DNA from: Octopus bimaculoides
Lineage: Eukaryota
Reading direction: 5' to 3'
Assembly (NCBI RefSeq): GCF_001194135.2
Contig: NC_069002.1
Coordinates: forward strand, 36,600,433-36,654,544
Length of the DNA stretch: 54,112 bases
Shown: piece after piece, positions 24,996-36,969 of the stretch
Numbering within the stretch: position 1 is the first letter of the stretch
Layout: each line of letters starts with the position of its first letter
Program-made: the position numbers and the translations under genes
The notes under the pieces: model-generated
Seen by the model: only the letters and a program-made list of their open reading frames with translations
Told to the model about the DNA's origin: nothing
The model's database searches: none

Positions 24996-25879
24996 TTTGG
25001 TGTCAGCACAGNNNNNNNNNNNNNNNNNNNNNNNNNNNNNNNNNNNNNNNNNNNNNNNNNNNNNNNNNNNNNNNNNNNNNNNNNNNNNNNNNNNNNNNNN
25101 NNNNNNNNNNNNNNNNNNNNNNNNNNNNNNNNNNNNNNNNNNNNNNNNNNNNNNNNNNNNNNNNNNNNNNNNNNNNNNNNNNNNNNNNNNNNNNNNNNNN
25201 NNNNNNNNNNNNNNNNNNNNNNNNNNNNNNNNNNNNNNNNNNNNNNNNNNNNNNNNNNNNNNNNNNNNNNNNNNNNNNNNNNNNNNNNNNNNNNNNNNNN
25301 NNNNNNNNNNNNNNNNNNNNNNNNNNNNNNNNNNNNNNNNNNNNNNNNNNNNNNNNNNNNNNNNNNNNNNNNNNNNNNNNNNNNNNNNNNNNNNNNNNNN
25401 NNNNNNNNNNNNNNNNNNNNNNNNNNNNNNNNNNNNNNNNNNNNNNNNNNNNNNNNNNNNNNNNNNNNNNNNNNNNNNNNNNNNNNNNNNNNNNNNNNNN
25501 NNNNNNNNNNNNNNNNNNNNNNNNNNNNNNNNNNNNNNNNNNNNNNNNNNNNNNNNNNNNNNACAACCACATATTTATGATTATCTCAAGTACAAGACAA
25601 AAGTTGAAAATGAAAAACATTTAACAAAATCTTTTAATAATAATTAGAAATAGTAATAATGAAAATAACGATGGTAGTGGTGGTGATGGTGAGAATGATA
25701 AAAATAATGATAATATGCCGCAGCTGCTAATACTACTACAACTACTACTATTCTGATAGCACAGGAATCTGTGGCCCAAGCAATAATACCAGTGATATCA
25801 GTGATGATGATAATAATAATAATAATAATAATGAAAGGAAACGGGTGGAGCCTCCCCATGGACTGATTTATGATACATC

Positions 25880-26290
25880 TAGTGATAGTGTCACAATAAA
25901 AACACTGGTAATTGTGCAACCTGATAATCGCTACCTCATATGAGTGACAATGAAAAAACAGAATATTGTGAATAACGGTGGTAATAAAACTGAAGCCAAT
26001 GATGGTGACAGTGTTGCACCCGGCAGGCTCAGAGATTCTGGTCTGGCTCCAGCCTGTCGATGTCCAGAAAGGGACCACCACACACAAATTAATGCTGTGG
26101 TCATGGAGTGTTACTACCTGAGCAACCCGGTAGATGAAAGTGGTCCTCAAATTAGGGGTTGCCGACAACGTATGTATGATCATTGGAGGGAAAAGGGATT
26201 GTTTCAACTCACGGAACAGAGATTAAGCTAGAGCAATAAGAAAAAATTATTGGTTCACAGAAGTAGAGCTCGAAGCTATCAAAAGGCGGG
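25880..26290 (+). mobile_element. R4/Dong-clade ORF N-terminal fragment
   Basis: NAVVMECYYLSNP...RGCRQRMYDHWREKGLFQLTEQRL resembles R4/Dong ORF N-termini (from recall). Confidence 0.6.
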
Positions 26291-26480
26291 TCTTGGAAAA
26301 TAGCATGATTCCACATTCGAGTTACCTTTATTTCCAGATCTTTGTATTTTAAAAGTTTCTCTGTTTCTTTTAGAGAAACGTTGTCGTCTGCTGGTATTTC
26401 TACATCAATTAGAAAGCATTTTTTTCTCTTGATGATCTTTGACAATTGTATCCAACCTATTGGCTTTAATTTTCTATCTA
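26290..26480 (-). mobile_element. R4/Dong-clade restriction-like endonuclease fragment
   Basis: KCFLIDVEIPADDNVSLKETEKLLKYKDLEIKVTRMW, an RLE motif. Confidence 0.75.
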
Positions 26481-26499
26481 TGTGTATTTATTATTATTA

Positions 26500-27000
26500 T
26501 TAGAGCAGAATCAATTAGGTTTGGTAAGGCTCTAGCTGTAGAACGTAAGAAAACAGAGCGGGATTTAGTTAACTAACTAGACGAGGCTCTTAGGACAGGC
26601 ATCGCAACCGACGTGTTAGCAGCGAAGTTGGCCCTCGACCAACACTTTGATGCCAAGCATGAAGGCTGCGTTGTCAGAGCTAAAGCACTTTCGGTAAGCG
26701 GGGAGGGGACTAAGGCCGCTCGATGGGCCCGCGTGGTTGAGGCGAAGCGTGGCAACAGAGCGACCATTCGGTCTTTGGTGGACCAGAACGACTGCGAGAT
26801 TTCGGAACCGAAGCAGATGTGTGCTGCCTTCCAGCAGCACTTTGCTCAATTGTTCGGGACGACGGTAGGACGGACGACGGTAGGACGGACGACGGTAGGA
26901 CGGACGACGGAACAGACTTCGGTGTGTACCTAGACGGCCTGCCGCAACTCTCGACCAGCGAAGCCGAGTGCTGCGAAGGACCCCTCCTACTCTCCTCTGG
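26500..27000 (+). mobile_element. L1/Tx1 ORF2 linker fragment (between APE and RT) with a 15-bp tandem repeat
   Basis: EGCVVRAKA...GEGTKAARW...TIRSLVDQ...MCAAFQQHFAQLF. GGACGACGGTAGGAC occurs ~3.6 times at 26857-26910. Confidence 0.62.
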
Positions 27001-27169
27001 CAGCTGAAATCAGTCTTTGTGAGTTGCTTCTCACATACTCTTCTCTTACTTTTTTTTTTTTTTTTTTGGCCTATTAATCCTTGTGTATCACAATTTCATC
27101 TACCCAATTTTTACTCCAGAACTCCTGTATTTCATGCTCTGATGGGATTTCTATTTTGATGGTGCTCTT

Positions 27170-27780
27170 TTCAATATGCCTATAGAATGTCTTTGGATTA
27201 TTTTTAAACATTCTGTTGTCTTTGAAGAAACTGGTTCATTTTCCGAAGCTGCGACTACGCGCGGCTTTCTTTTCTTAGATAGTTTTTTATTATGATTATT
27301 GCTTCAATTTTCCAATGCTTCTATATCAGATCGGAGAACATCGAGTTGTTTCTTAGATTTTTTTTTCTTCCCACGTTGGTCTTTTATGAGTATTTACTAT
27401 TCTATCTTTCATGTTTTGGTGCAGAAGCATAGAGAAAGAAACCTCATTCAAGGACATGATGTCTAGTTCATTTTCGTTTACGATGGATTTGAGTGCCGTG
27501 TTAACTTGGCAAATTATTTTGTTATCTTCTTTACATTGTGAATTTACAGTGTGAAGGTCGCTGCATCCCTTCATGTTCACATCTTGGACTTTGATCCATT
27601 CAGAGATCATTTGTTCTTCAAGCTTTTCTTCATTTTTCAGCTCTTGTCTTCTTATCAACATTATTTTTATTATTATTTATTTTCTCGGAATTGTTGGCTG
27701 TCTCTTCAGTATGGCCATCTACAATGGTCTGATCACGAGAAAGTGTATTTAGCTTGTTTCTGATTGCATGTGTCTTGTTG
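27170..27780 (-). mobile_element. Probable R4/Dong ORF N-terminal-region fragment
   Basis: Broken ORF (RRQELKNEEK...KRPTWEEKKI) located among other R4/Dong fragments. No diagnostic motif. Confidence 0.4.
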
Positions 27781-27787
27781 TTTGCTT

Positions 27788-27864
27788 CAGTGGTTCCCAA
27801 CAGCGATCTCCAATCCTTTTATTTAAATGACTTTTCCCACGGACCCCTTTTAGTATGCTTATCC

Positions 27865-27899
<35 letters not shown>

Positions 27900-27919
27900 N
27901 NNNNNNNNNNNNNNNNNNN

Positions 27920-27956
<37 letters not shown>

Positions 27957-28040
27957 GAAATCTTGAATTTAGTTCACGGATTCCCAGCACTACCTTTGCG
28001 AACCACCAGGGGTCCGCAGACCCCAGATTAGGAACCACTG
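27788..28040. mobile_element. hAT-type non-autonomous element with 13-bp TIRs
   Basis: CAGTGGTTCCCAA at 27788 and TTAGGAACCACTG ending at 28040. The right flank is CTCTAG. No matching 8-bp TSD on the left, and the element contains an internal gap. Confidence 0.6.
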
Positions 28041-29020
28041 CTCTAGTGGTCCTATATAATTATTTTCAAAATAGAATACAATTGACTGTGGAATATCATT
28101 ATCATCATCTACAAGTTGTAAATATCCATCTACAACATCATCAACCAGCAGGGAGGCAAGGGTAACAAAACACTGCGTTTTTAAACTAAAACTGTCATCT
28201 TCGTGATATCTGAATTTTAGTCCTTCTTGCACAACATGCTTGTACACATTTTGTCCTAAATGAAACAAGCAGCATGCCAAATTCGACCCAGGAAACGATT
28301 CTAGAAATCCATTATAAGCTGCTCTTTCGAAATCCATAATTATATTATCAAGTCCCTCATTCTGCAGTAATTCATTTATTTTGGCAAAAAGTCTACTATA
28401 TGTATCTTGACTTTTGTCAGAGAACAATCCTGGGGTATTAAAATTATCGATTTGAATGGGAAGTATATATATATAACTGAACAAATATACTAGAGCAGCA
28501 CTTAAATGTTCCATTTGCCACCCAGTTCTTGTGCCGTTTTAACTGTCGAAGTGCTTCGTCACTCTCAAATATTAAGTATTCGTTTTGGATCTTCCGTCCC
28601 ACTTTCATACATTAAAAACGTTTCATCATTGTCAAGATAGGAGAATTCACTTGGAATGGAAAACCCAACAATTGTAAGCGGGGTGTCAGGATAGATGGAA
28701 TCAGCTTGCCTCCAGCATCTAATATTCCTATTAAGCTGTGCAAACAGATATTTCCAACAATGTACAGTCGTTTAAATTCTGAGCTTCACTGACGATAATT
28801 GAGTGAAGGGCACCACGAGATGAAACAGACTTTACTTTAATATTTGAAACTATTAACCTTGCATTTACCTCTGCAGCAGTTGAAGCGTGATTATAGGTCC
28901 CTATCTAATTAAGCTCTTTATAATTTTCATCCGTTTGAAGTCTTAAATTTCTAAACATGGCATTTTGCGCGCCCGTTTTTTCTGTCTTCACAAGCATAGA
29001 AACAACTGGTGAAGGTGCAT
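28041..29020 (-). mobile_element. MULE/Mutator-family transposase relic
   Basis: IIMDFERAAYNGFLESFPGSNLACCLFHLGQNVYK matches the D-F-E...C-x-F-H-L-x-Q signature of MULE DDE transposases. Upstream frames are broken. Confidence 0.8.
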
Positions 29021-29381
29021 GCCTCGTGGTTAGAGGTTGGGATCATGATTATCAGATCGTAGGTTCGATTCCTCGATTCTTCACATTTACTCAGCTAAAA
29101 TGAGTGCCAGTCAAATCTAAGTGCAGCTTTCTTTTCCCTGAAACTGTCATATTCTGAATATTTCACAAAGTGTTGGAAAGGCCGAGAAATGTCTGTCTGC
29201 TTGAAATTACACAGGCCCTTAAAACAATTAGCGAAAAGTCCTCAAATGTAATTGATTAAGGAACACACACGTGCGCGCCCATACTCGTACACATACACAT
29301 TACACGCACACTCACTTTCTCACTCTCATTTCTCTCTAATCCCTCTCTAAAAATTCTGTCTTTCTCTGTTTTATTCTTGCT

Positions 29382-29461
<80 letters not shown>

Positions 29462-29659
29462 GTTTAGTGTATTTTTTGCTTTTTTATCTTTCAGTGACAA
29501 AAGGCCATGGGCTGACCAGGGATTACGAATGGAGATGAACTAATAACAACAATAACTAAAGCAAAGATGGCTGTCAAACTGGGAAAAGTTGTTTACCGTA
29601 ATCATGCATTCGTAAATGATAACTTTTCCCTGCATGAACCCCAACATTCAGAACGGTAG

Positions 29660-30020
29660 GTAACCTTTATTTGTTCGCATCTGTTTTTCTGTCAGTTTGA
29701 ATGGTAAAGTTGCAGAGGAGTGAGATATGATCATTTTCAAGCATTTGAGGTGGTTTGTGTTCCCACCAGTTTTTATCAACGGGCAGATCCAGGATTTTGC
29801 AAATTACCCAGTGAATGTATTGCGCTGTTCTATCCTGCCTGTTGAGATACTCTGTAGGCGCAAGAAGACTGCACATGGAGACGACATGATCAATGTTTTC
29901 ATTTTGTTGCTTACACACACGACATGGGCTACTGCCGTTCTTTAATATGTTGACCTTGTAGATAGGCATTGATCTTGGGCTGCTATAATAAACCCTTCTG
30001 TTTCTGATGAGTGGCACGAG
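29660..30020 (-). mobile_element. R4/Dong-clade zinc-knuckle region fragment
   Basis: IIAAQDQCL, then CRVCKQQNENIDHVVSMC...QYIHWVIC...ENDHISLLCNFTIQTDRK. Confidence 0.82.
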
Positions 30021-30244
30021 ATGATTAGATTTCGGGATCGATCCGGTACCGGGCAAGCATTCTGCGTTATTTGTTATATTTACTTTACATGAAGTATTAC
30101 GATCTGACATTGACTTTTAAGTCTCTCTAATTATCTCCCTTGAAAGCACGCTCATGGTTTCCACATAAATTATGGCGGCGTTGCTGTTTCCAAAGTTTTA
30201 TTTTCGTTAATCTAAAATTAATTTTACTCGCGTCTCCATCTGAG

Positions 30245-30535
30245 TGTGGTGGCACATGGGTTAGTGGTTGGAGCAGCAGACTCGCAGTCGAGGGATCGTG
30301 GGTTCAAATCTCAGACCGGGCGATGTGTGTGTTTATGAGCGAAACACCTAAGCTTCACGCGGCTCCGGCAGAAAGTAATGACGAACTTCTGGTGACTTTT
30401 TTTCCACAGCAACTCACCTGCGTCGGACCGGTGTCCCGTCCAGGTGGGGAACCTATACGCCAATGAAACCGGAAATTGGCCCTTATGAACCAGTCAGGGC
30501 TCGAGAAGGAACAAACAACAACAGCAACAACTCTT
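30245..30535 (+). mobile_element. tRNA-derived SINE family C2
   Basis: The head is colinear with 10541-10670, but the body differs. Ends in an (AAC)n tail. Confidence 0.8.
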
Positions 30536-30884
30536 AGTAGAAACTGATGGATAAAGAAATCGAACTCCATAAACAAACGGCAGCAAAACCGTTGAGAAAT
30601 TAAATAATACTAACATATTCAGTGAAAATAATAAATTTAATTTATCCTTGACAATTTTTAGTTTTACCATTTTCGAATATATCACTCCTGTTTAAAATCT
30701 CTTACCTACTTGACAATTGCATTTCTAGCTCTGCCTTGAAGGAAGCATTACTTCTTGGACTCACGTTTTTGTGCGCAACGATGTTGTTAAACCTCTGTTA
30801 ACAGCACCATGTGCAGGTCCTTTCCATTTTCTTTCACGCACAGATAAATATTTCCCTATATACCTTAATGGTTGTAAAGACACT

Positions 30885-31031
30885 ATGTCAGTGGATAAAC
30901 TAAAAGAAGAAAAAAAAGGCTTCATAGAGAAAACTCTCCCTGTTCCCACTGCAGACGATACACACACAGCATTACGAACACGACCCGCACACCCACCTTC
31001 GCATTCCGTGACTACCATTGAGATCGATCAG
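30885..31031 (+). CDS. chs: Candidate first coding exon of chitin synthase copy B
   Basis: Acceptor TTTTCTTTCACGCACAG at 30843, ATG at 30885 with A at -3, peptide MSVDKLKEEKK...TIEIDQ, donor CAG|GTACCA. The phase does not match the strongest downstream acceptor. Confidence 0.4.
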
Positions 31032-31553
31032 GTACCAGACAAGAATTCTGGATTATTTTTCCGGTTTTTTTACTTAATTTTTGAGAGCGTTTGGGTTCAT
31101 TTTTAATATTCTCGTTCGTGAGAGTAGTCGAGTTTATTTCAGATATTCTCATTTTAAAAATCATCTCCGACTAATCGTTGAGAGGCCGTTGGTGTTGCCT
31201 TGGCGGAGGTTTGCACTCTCTGAGTGTCCTTGTTACTATTATTGTTGTTGTTATCATTATTAGTCAGCAGAATCGACAGAGTCAGATAAAAAAAGACTTG
31301 CAGTATTTCTTTTTGATCTTTACATTTTGTGTTCTAATCCGGTTGAGATCCACTTTGCCTTTCATCTCTCCAAAATCGCTCTAATGTAATAACAGTCAAG
31401 TGCTATGCTCAATGTTTCTTTTCTCTTTGTATGCGCGCGCGTTTGTGTGTGTATCATTTGATCTCTTTTTCAATCCATCCAAATTTTTAGTTTATATGTG
31501 AGAATTAATTACAATTAATGGATTGTTCATTCTCTAAATTTTGTTTATTTCAG

Positions 31554-31986
31554 TCATGTCCACCGTAAGCTGCCGTGGGACGTGTTCACAGAAACTTCCC
31601 ACAGTAATTTCCGCCATGGGAATGTCATACAGATGACAGTTTTAAAAATACTGTTCAAGTTACTCTGTGCCTGTGTCTTAACGATCTTGATCTTCTCTCT
31701 GGCTGTTACAAACAGAATAACTTTAATAATACTAACCCAATCCTTACGAATAAACGAGGATCCAAGGCACTGTAACAATGGCAGCCAGTTAATGCATTTC
31801 TGTGAAGCAATTTCAAATTGTACAACAAAGACTTCCTCCCAGAACAGTCGTCGCGAAATAAATGTCTCTTCGATATGGGCCATGCTGCTTGTAATCTGCT
31901 GTCCCTACATCTATGAATTTATAGTTAATATGTGGAGAGTAATTTTCAAGCGTCTATTCAAGCTGGAAATAAAATGGTTCATACTG
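31554..31986 (+). CDS. chs: Chitin synthase copy B exon (N-terminal WDVF motif and first TM segments)
   Basis: Acceptor TTTATTTCAG. KLPWDVF motif and hydrophobic helices. Donor CTG|GTAAGT, phase 0. Confidence 0.85.
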
Positions 31987-33039
31987 GTAAGTATAAAAGC
32001 ATTGTCGTCGTCGTCGTTCTTGTCATCGTTGTTATTGTTACTTTTTTTATCTGTTTCTCTTAAAGACCGCTTGGCTTTTTTCTTGATGCAATTTGCCAGT
32101 CGATGTCTTTATCATTTGCCTAATTGTTGTTGCTGTTGTTCTTCTTCTTCTTTTTCTTATTTCTTAAACAATGATTCTGAGACAATATAGTCCAAGGCGT
32201 CCCTACTTTTTTTTTATTACATGTGCTTTGAGAGAGAGTAGGGTGTTATTTCTAGCAAGTCTGCGTAATTCTTTCGATGGTAGAATTTCAGATTTACTCC
32301 GTAAGTTTAACGAAACACTTGTGAATTGCACGATGTTACTGATACGTAAAGTAATTATTTGACACGCCAATGAGAAAACCCTTATGTGCTTTACTCAGCC
32401 TGCTAGAAATAACAAGTGTATCCAGTTCTAGATATACTACACCTGAAAATAAAAATGAGATGGTCAGTTTCAACACCTTTTATTATAGGACCGACTTGGG
32501 TTTAACAAGAACAAGATTTAGCCGAACTATTAAGAAGTGCTTGCTTACAAACATGTGAAATGCGCCATTATTCTTCTTAATGGGTCAGCCGTTGGAGAGG
32601 GTAGTGACAATGATATTTTTTTCATGCCTTCAGAGAATGCTGGAAAGAAGGTGGGGAGTTAACATCGGTCCAAAGACTCGGCCGCGATAGCCGCAGCAGA
32701 GGCAGCCAAGAAACATGTGATCGTGTTCAACCGGACGACGGATTAAGATTAGCACAGATTAAGACAAGTACGGAAAAGTTGCATCCGACAGGGTTCCTTC
32801 TAATCCTCTTAGATTACATGATCCAATGTCCTTCCTTTCGTAAAGACGTTACGCTTGAGATTTCACAGAAACTTGACTATCATTTCTAGCAGTGCAATAT
32901 ACACACTCTACAGAGATGACGTAGAATGCATCAGGAATAATACATAGATTCAACTTACAAGAAATAATATTTATATACACTGTGCACGTATTGATTTCAA
33001 ATTTTGGCATCTGTAGGCATAGTTCATGAAGACGGACCA

Positions 33040-33097
33040 CTTGCCGCTAAGCATTTCGTCCGGCGTGCTAACGATTCTACCAACTCTTCGCCTTTAG
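33040..33097 (-). mobile_element. SINE family B, 5' fragment
   Basis: GCTAAGCATTTCGTCCGGCGTGCTAACGATTCT is the reverse complement of the family B head. Confidence 0.7.
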
Positions 33098-33606
33098 ACA
33101 CTGTGCACATATTAACTTGAAACAGTGTAATTCTTTGGTATATTGTGTATATCCTGAAGTAGTCTATCTAATACATGTATAAGTTCCTAATAAATCCTAT
33201 TCTATTATAAACTCGTTTTGCAGACACTTATACTTTGTAAAAATACTAACTTACCTCTTCGGTTTATTGAAACTTCACAGGTAAGACCAATGTGTACCTG
33301 AAAACGATTTCTAAGGGTTGAGTTAATTTCATCTAGTCAAGTTGCGTATGTTGTTATTACTCTATTATCGATTGTAATAAGATAAAGGAAGATTGGATCT
33401 CAGGATTTGAAAGATTATTAGCACGATGAACCTTTTAATCCAACACCCCACTCAGTAATGCCTGGCATCTTTCTCAAATATATTCATCTTCTGATTCTTC
33501 TATGCCTACAAATGTCAACGGTCATGAATCTCCTTTTCCTCTCCAGCAAACACAGCGATCTCTCTGTGTTCAGTCAGTAAGACTATAAGATATCCTTTCT
33601 TTCCCT

Positions 33607-33677
<71 letters not shown>

Positions 33678-34549
33678 TTCCCCGCTTTCTTCCTTTGAGT
33701 TTTCTAGCTGTCATTAAGTGTTCAAGGCTTGTCTTTTCATACGATGTCCACTGAACTGAGTGTGATGCCTCCTTGTTGTGATGGTGGTTTCTGCACGTCT
33801 AAGCACGTTTGCCACTCTATCAACACAGGACGTCTTCGGCGACTGTCTGAGTAACCACATCGCTGCGGCTTAATTAAAAGTTTACATTTTACATAAGGAT
33901 TAGTTCTATGTATACCGTTAAGGACTCTTATACTCACTTTTACTGTCAGCCGTTTAATCGACAATATAGTTTTGATCTCACTAAGCATTCTAATTTTTAA
34001 ATTGCAATTTTTGAAATTGCAAAATCTTCTACAGCAAGTCTCGCGGAACTTGGTCATATACATTTTTGAGGGGTCTACAAAGCAAACGTAGAGGCAATAT
34101 TCCCACGATTTCCCTCAGACTTGCTGTAGAGTGAATATCTAGTCGGTTGTGCTGCATTTCAAGGCGGAAGCTACACTCCAGCTAGCTCGAGTTCGACAAT
34201 TTCCCTACCGAAGTGAAGTTACTTCGAAGGATCTCTGACTGTATTCAAAGTTTCCGCAGGCCCTCGTGAGCCTTGATCGACCATGTTGATGTTTTTGATG
34301 CTTTACTTGAACGGTAGCATGTTGACGGCTGTTGTAAGAAATAGAATATGCAGAAAGGATATTCCAGGGGACTGGCATCGTCCGAAGAACGGACTGGTTG
34401 GAAAGCAGTCTTGAGACGATGAATACAAGATATAGATAACAAGAGGAATAGAAAAGTATGATTGTGTGTGTGGGTGTGTGTGTGCGCGCGCATTCGTGAG
34501 TGTGTGTATTTCTGTCAGTTTTCTGACGAATTTCTTCTTTCTTTTCCAG

Positions 34550-35460
34550 ATTTGCGTAACAGAATGTCTTCACACTGTTGGTTTATGGATGCTCGTGTTT
34601 GTTTTGCTACCAAACGTGGAACCAGTGCAGGCAGTGCTTATATTATATGGCATCACATTCTTTCCATGTCTTCTTGACTTCGTTGCTTCTGTTTTACTGT
34701 TTGAGACACCCTCATCTTACACTGTTGACTATTCGAAAAAAAAATCTTTCGGCAGAATATTTCTGACTGTATTGATTTTTCTCCTTACCGCCATGCTTAT
34801 CGCCTCTTATACATATTTCCAATATAAATGCAAACCCACTTTGCACTATTTGATTCCCATCGCGCTCATTCTCGTGTCTATACGGTGGTGGGAGTCTTTT
34901 GCCGATATCATAGAAGATGAATTCTTTACAGAGATGTTATCCAAAATAAAAGAAAACAAAGCCGGAAGTAATGTTTTCATGTCACCCTTGAAAATAGCAC
35001 TCAACCTTTTCTTAACGGCCCTTTATTTTTCATTTAACAAAGAGTGCACAGAAGTCCTGATTTTCGTCAACGAAAAGTTATCACATTGCGGATTATCAGA
35101 AACGACTCTGAAATCTGATCCCCATTTCAATGAACCGTTTACTTTCGCAAGCATTAACATTATATCGTCCTTTTTATGTTTTCAGTTCGCGAAAGTTGCT
35201 TGCAAACTGATGCTTCAGAATCTGTCTTTTTCTTTCCCTTTGATTATTGTTGGCCCTGCTTCGTTCTTCCTAGTCTCTTACATACAGCACAGACGAACGT
35301 CGTTTCTAGATTTTGGACAAGTCAATTGCAACGACTTTGTCGACGTTTTCCAACAGTTCGGCTGCAACAGCATCTTGTTAATCTTATTGTTCATCGCTTA
35401 TGTAATAACCACAAGGCACGTGTGGTACCCGAAAATTGAGAGACTTGCCAAAGACAGAAA
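34550..35460 (+). CDS. chs: Chitin synthase copy B exon (N-terminal TM domain A)
   Basis: Acceptor TTTTCCAG, phase 0. Reads ICVTECLHTVGLW...LVSIRWWESF...CFQFAKVACKL...HVWYPKIERLAK. Donor AA|GTAAGT, phase 2. Confidence 0.92.
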
Positions 35461-35515
35461 GTAAGTTTGAGCTTTTGTTGAGGGCTGTTGTTGTCACTGT
35501 TTTTTTTTTGTTGTG

Positions 35516-35725
35516 ATGATGAGGGGGCGGAGGAGAGGGGAGCGGAGGCGGAGGGAAATGAAGAGGGGGATGAGGAGGAGAGAAGGAGAGGGGATGGGAA
35601 GAGAAAAGGAGGAGAGGAAGAGAAGGGGAGGAGGAGGGGCGGAGGCGCAGGAAATGAGGGGAACAGGCTGAGGGAAGGAGAAGTGAGGAGAGGAGGGGAG
35701 AGGAGGGGAGAGGAGGGAGGGAGAT
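35516..35725. repeat. Polypurine (GGA/GAG) tract
   Basis: Almost pure A/G for ~200 bp. Confidence 0.9.
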
Positions 35726-35893
35726 GATGGTGGTGGTAGTGACTGATTGTCATGTTCAGGATTCTGTTGATAGAGGAAGTGATGGTGATGATGATGATAA
35801 AGACGGTGATATCAACAATTCAATGAATTTCTTTCTTTCTTTTTTTTTTTTACTATATGTACTTTTAATACGAATTTATCTTTTATATTGCAG

Positions 35894-35990
35894 ATTGTTC
35901 TTCAAATTGAGTTACTGTGGAATCTTGCTGGACCAAGATCTACTTCTAAACAGAAGACATGACAAAGGTGAAGTGAAAGCGGACCAAAAC
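35894..35990 (+). CDS. chs: Chitin synthase copy B exon
   Basis: Acceptor TATTGCAG, phase 2. Reads KLFFKLSYCGILLDQDLLLNRR. Donor AAC|GTAAGA, phase 0. Confidence 0.88.
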
Positions 35991-36826
35991 GTAAGACTCT
36001 GTTTCACATCTCTAAATGGAGCACGCAGCATTACAATCGCATGAACGGACTTTGTCTAAAACGTGGTTGAAAACAAAATTGAGTGGTAGGGTCAATCTAT
36101 CGCTCTGTCAAACAACCCAGCTACCTGGCTCTGGAGCACCTTTAGTAGAATCCATTCTGTTACAAACATTCGTTACTGTGTTTCTGGTGTGAGAATAAAT
36201 TCTTCCCTTCTTTTCCATTCTTTTATCTTTCGTCAGTTTCTGACTCTCCGAAAAGACCCCACCCCCCACAAACGCTGCAAACCTTCTTTGTTTGATTTTC
36301 GTCTTTATTTCTGTTTCTCGGTGTATTGTACATGGAATCGTCTCTGAACGGTTCCTGGGCAAATCAGGCTTTTTCTTCTTTGAGAAGAAATTGTTATTAT
36401 TCCCTTACTTAATCGTTCTCCATTTCTAGGAAATGGTTGAGCGAGCGGCTAATCCTGACAGCACGATCCCTCTTATAATGCAACATAGTGGATTCTGTGT
36501 ATGAAGAGAGAGAGAATGATATAAACAAACAAAAATCGCCCCACCTCCACCCAGTATACGACCAGTATCTTATTAGCTCTGTAAAAATGGAAGTTAAATT
36601 TGACTTCGGCGAGATAAGATCTCAAGAGACAGAGTTCCTCTGGCCAACACACACACACATACTATACAATGACGCTTCTCTACACACCCGAGTTACCCCG
36701 AAGATGCCACCTCCTTGCTAGCTTTTCTTTTATTTGCTTTTCTGAGGTGGGTGTTAATTATAGATTTTTTGAATTTTTTTATCAAAACCATTAACTGTTG
36801 TTTTTTGTCCTTTTTTTTCTTTTTAG

Positions 36827-36969
36827 GCCATCAGAATCAGTGCCATGAAATATGATGCGGATGGTATGCATATGTATAAACTAGGATCCACACCAAAAAT
36901 TTACGCATGCGCAACAATGTGGCATGAAACGGAAAACGAAATGTTACAATTATTGAAATCTATGTTTAG
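36827..36969 (+). CDS. chs: Chitin synthase copy B exon (CATMWHET)
   Basis: Acceptor T-rich TAG. Reads KIYACATMWHETENEMLQLLKSMF. Donor AG|GTATTG, phase 2. Confidence 0.95.

Noticed and set aside
13224-25647. Long ORFs in the track made mostly of X residues
   Set aside because: They run through N gaps and carry no coding evidence.
36488-36721. 77-aa ORF inside a copy B intron
   Set aside because: GTG start, no CHS similarity, no compatible splice sites in that frame, and it runs into a (CA)n tract.
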